A stretch of 32,000 nt of DNA. It comes from Candidatus Saccharimonadota bacterium. Lineage in GTDB: Bacteria > Pseudomonadota > Gammaproteobacteria > Enterobacterales > Enterobacteriaceae. Made by a program: the position numbers and the translations under genes. Shown here piece after piece: positions 18,802 through 28,302 of the stretch. The first letter of the stretch is position 1, and each line of letters starts with the position of its first letter. The notes beneath the pieces are model-generated. The model searched no databases and had not been told where the DNA came from. It saw only the letters and a list, made by a program, of their open reading frames with translations. The DNA lies in contig NZ_CP046226.1 in assembly GCF_012562765.1 (NCBI RefSeq), positions 300,001-332,000 on the forward strand, in the 5' to 3' direction.

Positions 18802-20205
18802 ATGATTTTAGTTTCTAGTATTTCTCAATTAATAAAAGATAAAGTTAAAATTAATAGTGAAATAACTATAGGTGGATGGGTTCGTACAAAAAGAAATTCT
18901 AAAACAGGAATAACTTTTATTGTTTTATATGATGGTTCATGTATAGATGATATTCAAATCATAGCTAATTCATCATTAAACAATTATAAGGAAGAAATAT
19001 TATTAATAACTAGTGGTTGTTCTTTAATGATTATAGGAAAATTAGTAAAATCTCCTAAAAAATTACAAAATTATGAAATACAAGCTTCAAAAATAAAGAT
19101 TTTAGGTTGGGTTAAAAATCCTGAAAAATATCCTATTTCACCTAAAAAACATAGTTTAGAATATTTAAGAACAGTATCTCATTTACGATCACGTACTAAA
19201 TTAATTAGTAGTATTACTAGAATAAAACATAATACAGCTTTATATATTCATAATTTTTTTCATAAAAAAAATTTTTTTTGGATTAATACTCCATTAATTA
19301 CTACTTTAGATACTGAAGGATCAGGTAAAATGTTTAGAGTTTCTACTCTTAATTTTCAAAATTTATTTTTGGATAAAGATCAAAAAATAAATTTTAAAAA
19401 AGACTTTTTTGGTAAAGAATCTTTTTTAACTGTATCCGGACAATTAAATTTAGAAGCATATGCATGTTCCATGTCTAAAGTGTATACGTTTGGTCCTACT
19501 TTTAGAGCAGAAAATTCTAATACTAATCGACATTTAGCTGAATTTTGGATGCTAGAAATAGAAATGTCATTTGCAAATTTAAAAAATATTATTGATTTAT
19601 CCGAAAAATTATTAAAGTATTTATGTATAAAAATTTTAGATAATCATATAGATGAAATTAATTTTTTATCAAAAATTAATAAAATTAATTTAATTAATAA
19701 AATTAATAAAATTATATTAAATAAATTTATAATTATTGATTATAATAAAGCTATTAAAATATTATTAAAAAATAAACAAAAATTTAAAAATAAAATAATA
19801 TGGGGAAAAGATTTATCTATAGAACATGAAAAATATTTAACTAATAATTACTTTGATAGACCAGTAATAGTATATAATTATCCAAAAGAAATAAAAGCTT
19901 TTTATATGTATCTTAATAATGATAAAAAAACAGTTGCTTCCATGGATATCTTATTTCCAGATATAGGAGAAATTATAGGTGGTTCTCAACGAGAACACAG
20001 AATAAATATATTAGATAATAGAATTAATGAATTAAAATTGAATAAAAAAGATTATTGGTGGTATCGTGATTTAAGAAAATACGGTACTGTTATACATTCT
20101 GGATTTGGTTTGGGATTTGAAAGATTTTTATCATATATTACAGGATCTAATAATATTAGAGAAATAATTCCATTTCCAAGAACTCCATATAATGCTAAAT
20201 TTTAA
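18802..20205 (+). CDS. asnS: Asparagine--tRNA ligase
   Basis: 467 aa. FGKESFLTVSGQLNLEAYACSMSKVYTFGPTFRAENSNTNRHLAEFWMLEIEM, GGSQREHR and YGTVIHSGFGLGFERFLSYITG...IPFPRTPYNAKF are colinear with E. coli AsnRS. Confidence 0.97.
   Translation: MILVSSISQLIKDKVKINSEITIGGWVRTKRNSKTGITFIVLYDGSCIDDIQIIANSSLNNYKEEILLITSGCSLMIIGKLVKSPKKLQNYEIQASKIKILGWVKNPEKYPISPKKHSLEYLRTVSHLRSRTKLISSITRIKHNTALYIHNFFHKKNFFWINTPLITTLDTEGSGKMFRVSTLNFQNLFLDKDQKINFKKDFFGKESFLTVSGQLNLEAYACSMSKVYTFGPTFRAENSNTNRHLAEFWMLEIEMSFANLKNIIDLSEKLLKYLCIKILDNHIDEINFLSKINKINLINKINKIILNKFIIIDYNKAIKILLKNKQKFKNKIIWGKDLSIEHEKYLTNNYFDRPVIVYNYPKEIKAFYMYLNNDKKTVASMDILFPDIGEIIGGSQREHRINILDNRINELKLNKKDYWWYRDLRKYGTVIHSGFGLGFERFLSYITGSNNIREIIPFPRTPYNAKF
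19672..19716 (+). repeat. In-frame 9-bp tandem repeat x5 (AAAATTAAT consensus) inside asnS
   Basis: The units are AAAATTAAT, AAAATTAAT, TTAATTAAT, AAAATTAAT and AAAATTATA, read directly from the sequence. They encode KIN-KIN-LIN-KIN-KII in a segment that is poorly conserved relative to E. coli AsnRS. Confidence 0.85.
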
Positions 20206-20345
20206 TTAAATTCATTATAAGAAAAAGAATTATAAATAAAATTAAATATTAGTTTTCTGAACTAAAAAAATAAAGTAATATTATTAATATTAAATATATT
20301 TAAATAATTAATAAATATTATAAAAATATATTATCGAGGGTAATT

Positions 20346-21551
20346 ATGAAATTTAATATATTAAAAATATTAATACCATTTTTATTATTATTTAACATTG
20401 TATATGCTGATGAAATTTATAATAAAAATAATCAAACATTAGATTTATATGGAAATCTAAATGTAAAAAATATTATTTCTAAAAAAAAAGCTAAGTCAAC
20501 AAAAAGTGTAGAAAAATATAATTTTGATTTAGGATTAAAAGGTACATCAATTATTAATGATAATTTAAAAGCATTTGGACAATTTGAATATACTATACAA
20601 ATAAATGAACTTAAATCTGGTATAAAAACAAATAAACCTGAATTTAATGTACGTTATCCTATTATCTTACAACTAGGATTTTTAGGATTACAATATAATG
20701 GTATGACCATAAGTTATGGTAGAAATTATGGTATATTATATGATACTACTTCATACATAAAGAAATTTCCTATATTTGATGAAGAAGTATATTATACTAA
20801 TGATCATTTTATGTTTGCTAAAGCAAATAATTTAACAACATATAGAAACAATAATTTCTTAGGTTTGGATGGATTAAATATTGCTTTACAATATCAAGGA
20901 AATAATAATTTTAATAAATTAGAACAAAATGGTCCTGGTTGGGGAACTTCAATTGAATATAATTTAGGTTTTGGAATTAATATTATTGGATCTTATTTTT
21001 CTTCTTATAGTAATCCTGATCCTAATTCATCATTTGCTAAATATTTTTTCTTTCACCCTTATTTTAAAAAAATAGATAAAAAACATAAAAAAATAAAATT
21101 AGTACAAAAATTTAAAAAAAAAGATGATAATAAAAAATTATCTAATGCTTATGCATTAGGTATAAAATATAATAAAAAAAATATATATTTATCAACTGTA
21201 TTTAGTGAAACTAATAATTCAGTAAGATATAATCATAATGATGATTATTTATTAGCAAATAAAACTAAAAGTTTAGAATTTTTAGGTCAATATACTTTTA
21301 ATGATAATATACAAGCTTCAATATCATATTTACAATCACAAGGATATAATATCCCTCCAGGAAGTGATTTCCCTGCTGGAAAAATTGATTTAGCTAAATA
21401 TTTAACTATTGGTACTTCATATTCTTTCAGTAAAAATTTTTTAGCTTATTTAGGATATAAAATTAGTTTATTAAATAATACTGAATATGTACAAAGTAGT
21501 AGAATACCAAATAAAAATATGATTGGCTTAGGATTAACATATTATTTCTAA
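20346..21551 (+). CDS. ompF: OmpF/OmpC-family general porin (401 aa precursor)
   Basis: The signal-peptide-like N-terminus is MKFNILKILIPFLLLFNIVYA. It is followed by DEIYNKNNQTLDLYGN (E. coli AEIYNKDGNKVDLYGK), YGRNYGILYD, TYRNNNFLGLDGLNIALQYQG, ALGIKYNKKNIYLS and the C-terminal GLGLTYYF with terminal Phe. A GAGGGTAAT SD region lies upstream, as in E. coli ompF, and it follows asnS as in E. coli. It contains a Lys-rich loop expansion (see findings). Confidence 0.9.
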   Translation: MKFNILKILIPFLLLFNIVYADEIYNKNNQTLDLYGNLNVKNIISKKKAKSTKSVEKYNFDLGLKGTSIINDNLKAFGQFEYTIQINELKSGIKTNKPEFNVRYPIILQLGFLGLQYNGMTISYGRNYGILYDTTSYIKKFPIFDEEVYYTNDHFMFAKANNLTTYRNNNFLGLDGLNIALQYQGNNNFNKLEQNGPGWGTSIEYNLGFGINIIGSYFSSYSNPDPNSSFAKYFFFHPYFKKIDKKHKKIKLVQKFKKKDDNKKLSNAYALGIKYNKKNIYLSTVFSETNNSVRYNHNDDYLLANKTKSLEFLGQYTFNDNIQASISYLQSQGYNIPPGSDFPAGKIDLAKYLTIGTSYSFSKNFLAYLGYKISLLNNTEYVQSSRIPNKNMIGLGLTYYF

Positions 21552-21585
21552 TACAAAAATTTATTATTTTAAATATTACAAAAAA

Positions 21586-21632
21586 CTAATTAACTATCTA
21601 ATAATTATTAATTTGAATAGATAGTTAGTTAG
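21586..21632. terminator. Candidate bidirectional intrinsic terminator between convergent ompF and gloC
   Basis: The arms CTAATTAACTATCTA (21586-21600) and TAGATAGTTAGTTAG (21618-21632) pair over 15 bp. There is one G.U pair (an A.C mismatch on the other strand) and a 17-nt loop. The hairpin is flanked by AAAAAA on the left (a T-run for the minus-strand gloC transcript) and TATTTTA on the right. Confidence 0.55.
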
Positions 21633-21646
21633 TATTTTAAATTATT

Positions 21647-22282
21647 TTAGTAATTTTTTTTTAAAAATGGATTATTTAATATTTCATAACCTATATTAGT
21701 TATAGGACCATGACCTGGAATAATAATTACATTATTACCTAATGGTAGTATTTTTTGTTTTATAGAACAAATTAAATCATTATAATTACTTAATGGTAAG
21801 TCAGTTCTACCAATATTTTTTTTAAAAATTACATCTCCTGATATTAAAATATTACTTAATTTATTAAAAAAAACTATATGTCCAGGAGTATGACCTGGAC
21901 AATGATATACTGTTAATATAAGATTACCTATTGATATTTGATTATTATTTTTTAACCATATATTTTTTGTAAAAGTACAACTAGGTATTTGAAAAATATT
22001 TTTTTGAAAATTAATATTTTTTATCCAAAAATAATCTTTTTTATGAGGTCCTAAAATAGGTATTTTATATATATTAGATAATATATATGCAGAACCAATA
22101 TGATCTAAATGACCATGAGTTATTAATATTTTTTTTACAGACAGTTTATATTTAATTATATTATCTATAATTTTATTATGTTCTCCTCCAGGATCAATTA
22201 TGGCTGCATGTAAAGTAGTTGAACACCATATTATACAACAATTTTGAAAAAAATTAGTTACTGGTATGATTATATAGTTCAT
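21647..22282 (-). CDS. gloC: MBL-fold metallo-hydrolase YcbL (glyoxalase II-type hydroxyacylglutathione hydrolase GloC)
   Basis: 211 aa. MNYIIIPVTNFFQNCCIIWC...IIDPGGE...LITHGHLDHIG (the HxHxDH motif)...HCPGHTPGHIVFF...ISGDVIFK...GRTDLP...IPGHGP...NPFL is colinear with E. coli YcbL ([20 protein letters not shown]...). Confidence 0.88.
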   Translation of the reverse strand: MNYIIIPVTNFFQNCCIIWCSTTLHAAIIDPGGEHNKIIDNIIKYKLSVKKILITHGHLDHIGSAYILSNIYKIPILGPHKKDYFWIKNINFQKNIFQIPSCTFTKNIWLKNNNQISIGNLILTVYHCPGHTPGHIVFFNKLSNILISGDVIFKKNIGRTDLPLSNYNDLICSIKQKILPLGNNVIIIPGHGPITNIGYEILNNPFLKKNY

Positions 22283-22330
22283 TATATATATAATATTTTA
22301 TTTTTATTTAAAACGTTTAAATTAATTTAT

Positions 22331-22615
22331 TTAAAAGTTTATTTTTTCTTTTAATTGTTTTCCTGGTTTAAAATGTATGATATATCGAGATTTTAATTGT
22401 AATAGACTACCAGTCTTAGGATTGCGTCCTATCCTTGATGCTTTATAATATAAAGAAAAACTACCAAACCCTCTAATTTCTATTCTATGACCTTGAGAAA
22501 AATTTAAAATCATATAATGTAATATTTCTTCTACTATATTTTTAATAATATTAATTGGAATTTTATTATTTTTATTTTCTGATATTAAATTATTAATTAA
22601 TTCAGATTTATTCAT
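22331..22615 (-). CDS. ihfB: Integration host factor beta subunit
   Basis: 94 aa. MNKSELI...RIEIRGFGSFSLYYKASRIGRNPKTGSLLQLKSRYIIHFKPGKQLKEKIN matches E. coli IHF-beta. It follows rpsA as in E. coli. Confidence 0.94.
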   Translation of the reverse strand: MNKSELINNLISENKNNKIPINIIKNIVEEILHYMILNFSQGHRIEIRGFGSFSLYYKASRIGRNPKTGSLLQLKSRYIIHFKPGKQLKEKINF

Positions 22616-22678
22616 TAATATACCCTATTGTTTTTGTTACAATTATTAGTATAATTGATTTTTAATTATAAATAAAAT

Positions 22679-24337
22679 TTATTCACATTTTGCAGCTTTA
22701 AAAGCTTCAGTCATAGCATTAGCAAAAACAGATTTATCTTTATCTTTTTTTGAAATATTATTTTCTATTTCTTTAATTTTTATAGAAAGATTTACTAATC
22801 TATTTTTTCTATCAATATTAATTATTTTACCTTCAATATTGTTTGATACTTTAAAATGTTTAATAAAATTTTCAATTTTACAATTTATTTGATCAGATAA
22901 TTTTATATTACCTAAAATTCCATCTGTAAATTTTATAAATATTGTTTTAGGGTCAATACTAATAATATTACCAGTAACAATACTTCCTTTTTTTTGAGCT
23001 ATAATATAATTATTTAATGGATCTTCAATTAATTGTTTAATTCCTAAAGATATTCTTTCTCTTTCAGAATCTACTTGAAGAACTATAGCTGTAATTTCAT
23101 CTCCTTTTTTATAATTACGTACTTCTTCTTCACCATTATTAACCCAAGATAGATCTGATAAATGGACTAAACCATCAATACCTCCACTTAAACCAATAAA
23201 AATACCAAAATCTGTTATAGACTTTATTTTACCTTTTACTTTATCACCTTTATTATGATTTTCTGAAAATTTTAACCATGGATTAATAGTACATTGTTTT
23301 AGTCCTAAAGAAATTCTTCTTCTTTCTTCATCAATATCTAATACCATAACTTCTACTTTATCATTAATTTTTACTACTTTTGAAGGGTGAATATTTTTAT
23401 TAGTCCAGTCCATTTCAGATATATGTACTAATCCTTCTATTCCTTCTGCTATTTCAACAAAACATCCATAATCTGTTAAATTAGTTACTCGTCCTATTAC
23501 TTTTTGATTTTCAGGATAACGTTTAGTAATAGATATCCATGGATCTTCTCCTAATTGTTTTAAACCTAATGAAACTCTAGTTTTTTCTTTATCAAATTTT
23601 AATACTTTAACAAAAATTTCTTCTCCTATATTAACAATTTCACTAGGATGCTTTACTCTTTTCCATGCCATATCTGTAATATGTAATAATCCATCAACTC
23701 CACCTAAATCAACAAAAGCTCCATAATCAGTAAGATTTTTAACTAAACCTTTAATTTTTATGCCTTCATGTAAGGTATTTAATAATTGATTTCTTTCAGC
23801 ACTATTTTCAGATTCTATTACTGCTTTTCTAGAAACAACTACATTATTACGTTTTTGATCTAATTTAATAACTTTAAAATCTAAATCTTTTCCTTCTAAA
23901 TGAAAAGTATCTCTTATTGGTCTAATATCTACTAAAGAACCAGGTAAAAAAGCTCTAATTCCATTTAAATCTACAGTAAAACCTCCTTTAACTTTACCGG
24001 TAATAATACCAGTAATATTAGTAGTATTACTATATGATTTTTCTAATATTAACCATGCTTCATGTCTTTTAGCTTTTTCTCTAGATAATATTGTTTCTCC
24101 AAATCCATTTTCTATGGTATCTAGTGCAACATCTACTTTATCTCCTACTTTAATTTCAATAATTCCTTGAGAATTTTTAAATTGTTCTATAGGAATAGAA
24201 GATTCTGATTTTAAACCTGCATCTACTAATACAATATCTTTTTCAATAGAAATTACAACTCCAGTAATTATAGAACCTATATTAATAATATTATCTTTTA
24301 AAGATTGTTCAAATAATTGAGAAAAACATTCAGTCAT
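22679..24337 (-). CDS. rpsA: 30S ribosomal protein S1
   Basis: 552 aa. [14 protein letters not shown]..., with six S1-domain repeats (for example [70 protein letters not shown]), is colinear with E. coli S1. Confidence 0.97.
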   Translation of the reverse strand: MTECFSQLFEQSLKDNIINIGSIITGVVISIEKDIVLVDAGLKSESSIPIEQFKNSQGIIEIKVGDKVDVALDTIENGFGETILSREKAKRHEAWLILEKSYSNTTNITGIITGKVKGGFTVDLNGIRAFLPGSLVDIRPIRDTFHLEGKDLDFKVIKLDQKRNNVVVSRKAVIESENSAERNQLLNTLHEGIKIKGLVKNLTDYGAFVDLGGVDGLLHITDMAWKRVKHPSEIVNIGEEIFVKVLKFDKEKTRVSLGLKQLGEDPWISITKRYPENQKVIGRVTNLTDYGCFVEIAEGIEGLVHISEMDWTNKNIHPSKVVKINDKVEVMVLDIDEERRRISLGLKQCTINPWLKFSENHNKGDKVKGKIKSITDFGIFIGLSGGIDGLVHLSDLSWVNNGEEEVRNYKKGDEITAIVLQVDSERERISLGIKQLIEDPLNNYIIAQKKGSIVTGNIISIDPKTIFIKFTDGILGNIKLSDQINCKIENFIKHFKVSNNIEGKIINIDRKNRLVNLSIKIKEIENNISKKDKDKSVFANAMTEAFKAAKCE

Positions 24338-24398
24338 ATTGATAACTTCGAATACATTAAATAAATATCAACTTAAATCCTTTAAGTATTATTTTTTT

Positions 24399-24426
24399 AA
24401 AAAACTCATATAATCCATATTATGAG
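24399..24426 (-). terminator. Weak candidate terminator downstream of aroA, upstream of rpsA
   Basis: The minus strand reads CTCATA-atatggatta-TATGAG followed by TTTTTT. This is a 6-bp stem (24405-24410 with 24421-24426) and a 10-nt loop. The stem is short and mostly A/U. Confidence 0.22.
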
Positions 24427-24626
24427 AATTTAATTAAAATTATAATAAAAATTATAAATATAATTTTTATTAAATTTTAAATTTAATATTTTAAATATAT
24501 TAAAAAATACAAATAATTAATTTAAATTTAACATCAATAATATTTTACTGCAACTATACATAAAATTATTAATTTATACAAAATTAATTTTATTTTTTAA
24601 ATTTATAATTAACTTAAAATTATTAT

Positions 24627-25916
24627 TTAATAATAACTAATTTTTTTTAATTCTCTAAAATAATTCGGATATGTTTTTCTAATACAATTAGGATTTATAA
24701 TATGTACTAATTTATTAGATAAAGATAGTAATGAAAAACACATTGCCATTCTATGATCATTATAAGTTTCAATAATAGTACTTTTTATATCTTTAGGTGG
24801 AGTAATAATAATATAATCTTTTCCCTCTATTATATAAGCTCCAGTTTTACGTAATTCATTAACCATTGCTGTTATACGATCAGTTTCTTTAACACGCCAA
24901 TTATAAATATTTTTAATAATAGTTGTACCTTTAGCAAATAAACTAGTTACTGCTATAGTCATTGCAGTATCAGGAATATGATTCATATCCATATTAATAG
25001 AATTTAATTTATTACGAGAGCAAGAAATATAATTTTGTCCATTATATACTTTTGCTCCCATACTACTTAATACATTAATAAATTTAATATCTCCTTGAAT
25101 ACTATTTTTATTAATATTAATTAATTTAATTGTTCCTCCTTTAATAGCAGCAGCAGCTAAAAAATAAGAAGCAGATGATGCATCACCTTCAATTATATAT
25201 TCTCCTGGAGAAGAATAATTTTGATTTCCGAGAATAATAAAATTAGAATAATTATTATTATATATATTTACACCAAATACATTCATTAATTTAATTGTTA
25301 TATCAATATATGGTTGAGAAACTAATTTTTCTTTTATAAAAATTGAAGTATTCATTTTTAATAAAGGACAAATTATTAATAATGAAGTTAAAAATTGACT
25401 AGATATAGATCCCTCTATTTTAATATTATTTATTCCTGTAAATCCTCCTTTTAAACGAATAGGTGGATAATTTTTATTATTTAAGTATTCTATTTTAGCA
25501 CCACCACTACGTAAAGCATCTACAAGATGACCAATAGGTCTTTCTAACATACGTGGTTCGCCAGTTAATATAATATCACAATTATTATTTAAAGATAAAA
25601 GTGCAGTTAATGGTCTTATAACGGTTCCAGCATTACCTAAAAATAATTTTAATTTTTTTTTATGCTGAAAAAATTTACTATTACCTATAATATCACAAAC
25701 AGTATTATTATTTGATAAAGTATATTTAATACCTAATGCTTTTAAAGCATTAAGCATATGAGTAATATCATCACTATTTAATAAATTAATTAATTTAGTT
25801 TTTCCTTTTGATAAAGCAGATAGTAATAATACTCTATTAGAAATACTTTTAGATCCTGGTAATTTAATACAACCATTAATTTTATTAATAGGTTTTAAAG
25901 TTAAAATATTTTTCAT
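24627..25916 (-). CDS. aroA: 3-phosphoshikimate 1-carboxyvinyltransferase (EPSP synthase)
   Basis: 429 aa. [69 protein letters not shown] and [13 protein letters not shown]...[13 protein letters not shown] are colinear with E. coli AroA. Confidence 0.97.
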   Translation of the reverse strand: MKNILTLKPINKINGCIKLPGSKSISNRVLLLSALSKGKTKLINLLNSDDITHMLNALKALGIKYTLSNNNTVCDIIGNSKFFQHKKKLKLFLGNAGTVIRPLTALLSLNNNCDIILTGEPRMLERPIGHLVDALRSGGAKIEYLNNKNYPPIRLKGGFTGINNIKIEGSISSQFLTSLLIICPLLKMNTSIFIKEKLVSQPYIDITIKLMNVFGVNIYNNNYSNFIILGNQNYSSPGEYIIEGDASSASYFLAAAAIKGGTIKLININKNSIQGDIKFINVLSSMGAKVYNGQNYISCSRNKLNSINMDMNHIPDTAMTIAVTSLFAKGTTIIKNIYNWRVKETDRITAMVNELRKTGAYIIEGKDYIIITPPKDIKSTIIETYNDHRMAMCFSLLSLSNKLVHIINPNCIRKTYPNYFRELKKISYY

Positions 25917-25960
25917 AACAAATAATTTTATTTATATAATAATATTATTAATAATATCAT

Positions 25961-27052
25961 TTATATATATAATTTTTCAAAACTATTCATAAATTTTACT
26001 AAAGTTTGTATTCCTTCTATAGGCATAGCATTATATATTGAAGCTCTTATACCACCTAAAATACTATGTCCTTTAAGAAAATATAATCCCTGATTTTCTG
26101 CTTTTTTTAAAAATATATTTTCTATATTTTTTTTATTAATATTAAAAATAATATTAGTTAATGATCTATTTTTAATAGATACATTATTTATATAAATTTT
26201 ACTATTATCTATAGTAGAATATAATAAATCAGCTTTTTTTTGATTAATTTTATTAATATATTTGATACCACCTTTTCTCTTTAACCATTTTAGAACTAAA
26301 CTAGATAAATATAATGAAAATGTTGGGGGTGTATTAAACATTGAATTATTATCAGCAATAATTTTATAATTTAAAACAGATGGTAATTCTTTACGATAAT
26401 TTTTTTTTATAATTAAATCATCTCTAATTATTATAATAGTTAAACCAGATGGACCAATATTTTTTTGAGTACTAGCATATATTATTCCATAACGTGATAT
26501 ATCAATTTTTTTAGTAAGTATAGTAGAAGATAAATCTGCAACAACAATTTTATTTTTAAAATTAGGTTCTTCGTTTATAGCAATTCCTTCTATAGTCTCA
26601 TTAGCACAATAATGAATATATACTGATTCATTATTTAATAGCCATTCATTTATTGGTTTTATATATATAATATTATTAATTATTTTTTTAGTATTAATAA
26701 TATTAGGTACACAATATTTTTTTGCTTCTTCTATTGCTTTATAAGACCAATATCCAATATTTGCATAATCAGCATTTTGATTATAATTTAATAAATTCAT
26801 TGGAATAGCAGCAAATTGTGTTCTTGCTCCACCTTGACAAAATAATATTTTATATGTTTTAGGAACATTCATTAAAATACGTAAATTATTTTCAAATTCT
26901 TCAACTAAATTAATAAAATATTTACTTCTATGACTAATTTCCATAACTGAAAAATTTAAATTATTCCAATTAATTAATTCATTTTGTGCTTGTAATAATA
27001 CTTCACGAGGAATCATTGATGGACCTGGACTAAAATTAAATATTTTTTTCAT
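25961..27052 (-). CDS. serC: Phosphoserine aminotransferase
   Basis: 363 aa. MKKIFNFSPGPSMIPREVLLQAQNEL...MEISHRSK...CQGGARTQFAAIPMNLL...KNIGPSGLTIIIIR...NTPPTF...GGIRASIYNAMP is colinear with E. coli SerC. It lies directly upstream of aroA, as in the serC-aroA operon. Confidence 0.96.
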   Translation of the reverse strand: MKKIFNFSPGPSMIPREVLLQAQNELINWNNLNFSVMEISHRSKYFINLVEEFENNLRILMNVPKTYKILFCQGGARTQFAAIPMNLLNYNQNADYANIGYWSYKAIEEAKKYCVPNIINTKKIINNIIYIKPINEWLLNNESVYIHYCANETIEGIAINEEPNFKNKIVVADLSSTILTKKIDISRYGIIYASTQKNIGPSGLTIIIIRDDLIIKKNYRKELPSVLNYKIIADNNSMFNTPPTFSLYLSSLVLKWLKRKGGIKYINKINQKKADLLYSTIDNSKIYINNVSIKNRSLTNIIFNINKKNIENIFLKKAENQGLYFLKGHSILGGIRASIYNAMPIEGIQTLVKFMNSFEKLYI

Positions 27053-27174
27053 TAATAATATCCATAAAATTTAATTTTAAATTTATATAATAATATATAT
27101 TGTGTATAAATAATATTTATTATTGAATATAAAATTATTTATAAAAATTCTTTTTTTAATATTTTAATATATTT

Positions 27175-28281
27175 TTAAGTATGTTTTTTTTTATGAGTAT
27201 GAATAGACATTATAATACCAAAACTAGTTAAAATTACTATAAGAGATGATCCTCCATAACTAAATAAAGGTAAAGGTATACCTACAACGGGTAATAAACC
27301 ACTAACCATACCAATATTAATAAAAATATAAAAAAATAATACTATTATTATACCGCTAATCATAATTTTTCCAAAAAAATATTCTGTTTTTAAAGCTAAA
27401 AATATTCCTCGTAATATTAATAACATATATAAAATCATTAATAATAATATTCCTGTAAATCCAAATTCTTCTGCCAAAACAGAAAATATAAAATCTGTAG
27501 ATCTTTCAGGTAAAAATTTTAATTGATTTTGAGTTCCATTTAACCATCCTTTTCCAAATAATCCTCCTGATCCGATAGCTATTTTAGATTGAATAATATG
27601 ATATCCTGCTTTTAAAGGATCATGTTCTGGATGAAATAACATAAAAATTCTTTCTTTTTGATAATCATGAATAAAAAATAACCATAATATGGGCATAATT
27701 AGTATTATTACTAATAAACTATTAAAAATTATTTTCCATGATATTCCTGATAAAAATAAAATAAATAATCCAGAAATATCGATTAAAACAGCAGTGCCTA
27801 AATCAGGTTCATTAATTATAAGAATTGTAGGAATAATAATAAAAATAATTGCTTTTAAATATGTTTTAATTGGCATAGGATAAATACTTTTACTTACTAT
27901 TTTAGATATAACTAAAGGAATTGCTATTTTCATTATTTCCGATGGTTGAAATTTTATGAATCCTAAATCTAACCATCTTTGTGCTCCTTTACTACTATGT
28001 CCAGTTAAATAAACAATTATTAATAAAAAAATACAAATAAAATATAATATAAACGCCCATTGTTCAAAAAATTTTGGGGGAATTTGTGCAATTATTATCA
28101 TTAAAATTAATCCAAATATTATTTGGATTAATCTATTTTTTAATACATAATCATTTGTTCCAGAAGCACTCCATAGAACTATAATACTCATAAATAGTAT
28201 TAATATGATACATATAAATAACATTAGATCTATATGTAATTTTGAAATAAAAAATTTTTTAAATAAATTATTATTTTTCAT
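27175..28281 (-). CDS. mrdB: Peptidoglycan glycosyltransferase RodA (SEDS family, elongasome)
   Basis: 368 aa and polytopic. GAQRWLDLGFIKFQPSEIMKIA, PDLGTAVL, DPLKAGYHIIQSKIAIGSGGLFGKGW, LPERSTDFIFSVLAEEFGF and GLLPVVGIPLPLFSYGGSS are colinear with E. coli RodA. Confidence 0.96.
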   Translation of the reverse strand: MKNNNLFKKFFISKLHIDLMLFICIILILFMSIIVLWSASGTNDYVLKNRLIQIIFGLILMIIIAQIPPKFFEQWAFILYFICIFLLIIVYLTGHSSKGAQRWLDLGFIKFQPSEIMKIAIPLVISKIVSKSIYPMPIKTYLKAIIFIIIPTILIINEPDLGTAVLIDISGLFILFLSGISWKIIFNSLLVIILIMPILWLFFIHDYQKERIFMLFHPEHDPLKAGYHIIQSKIAIGSGGLFGKGWLNGTQNQLKFLPERSTDFIFSVLAEEFGFTGILLLMILYMLLILRGIFLALKTEYFFGKIMISGIIIVLFFYIFINIGMVSGLLPVVGIPLPLFSYGGSSLIVILTSFGIIMSIHTHKKKHT

Positions 28282-28302
28282 ATTTTGATATTTATTATTA
28301 AA

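Noticed and set aside
20330-20348. The ompF translation-initiation region GAGGGTAAT resembles the E. coli ompF leader targeted by MicF sRNA
   Set aside because: Only about 9 nt are shared, essentially the Shine-Dalgarno. No micF-like sequence is present in the window, and the similarity is insufficient to infer sRNA regulation.
22296-22312. Short A/T palindromes (TTTAAA-acg-TTTAAA after ihfB, ATTTAAAT after tatD at about 18759-18790) as possible terminators
   Set aside because: The stems are 6 bp or fewer and A/U only. Such palindromes are abundant by chance in this composition.
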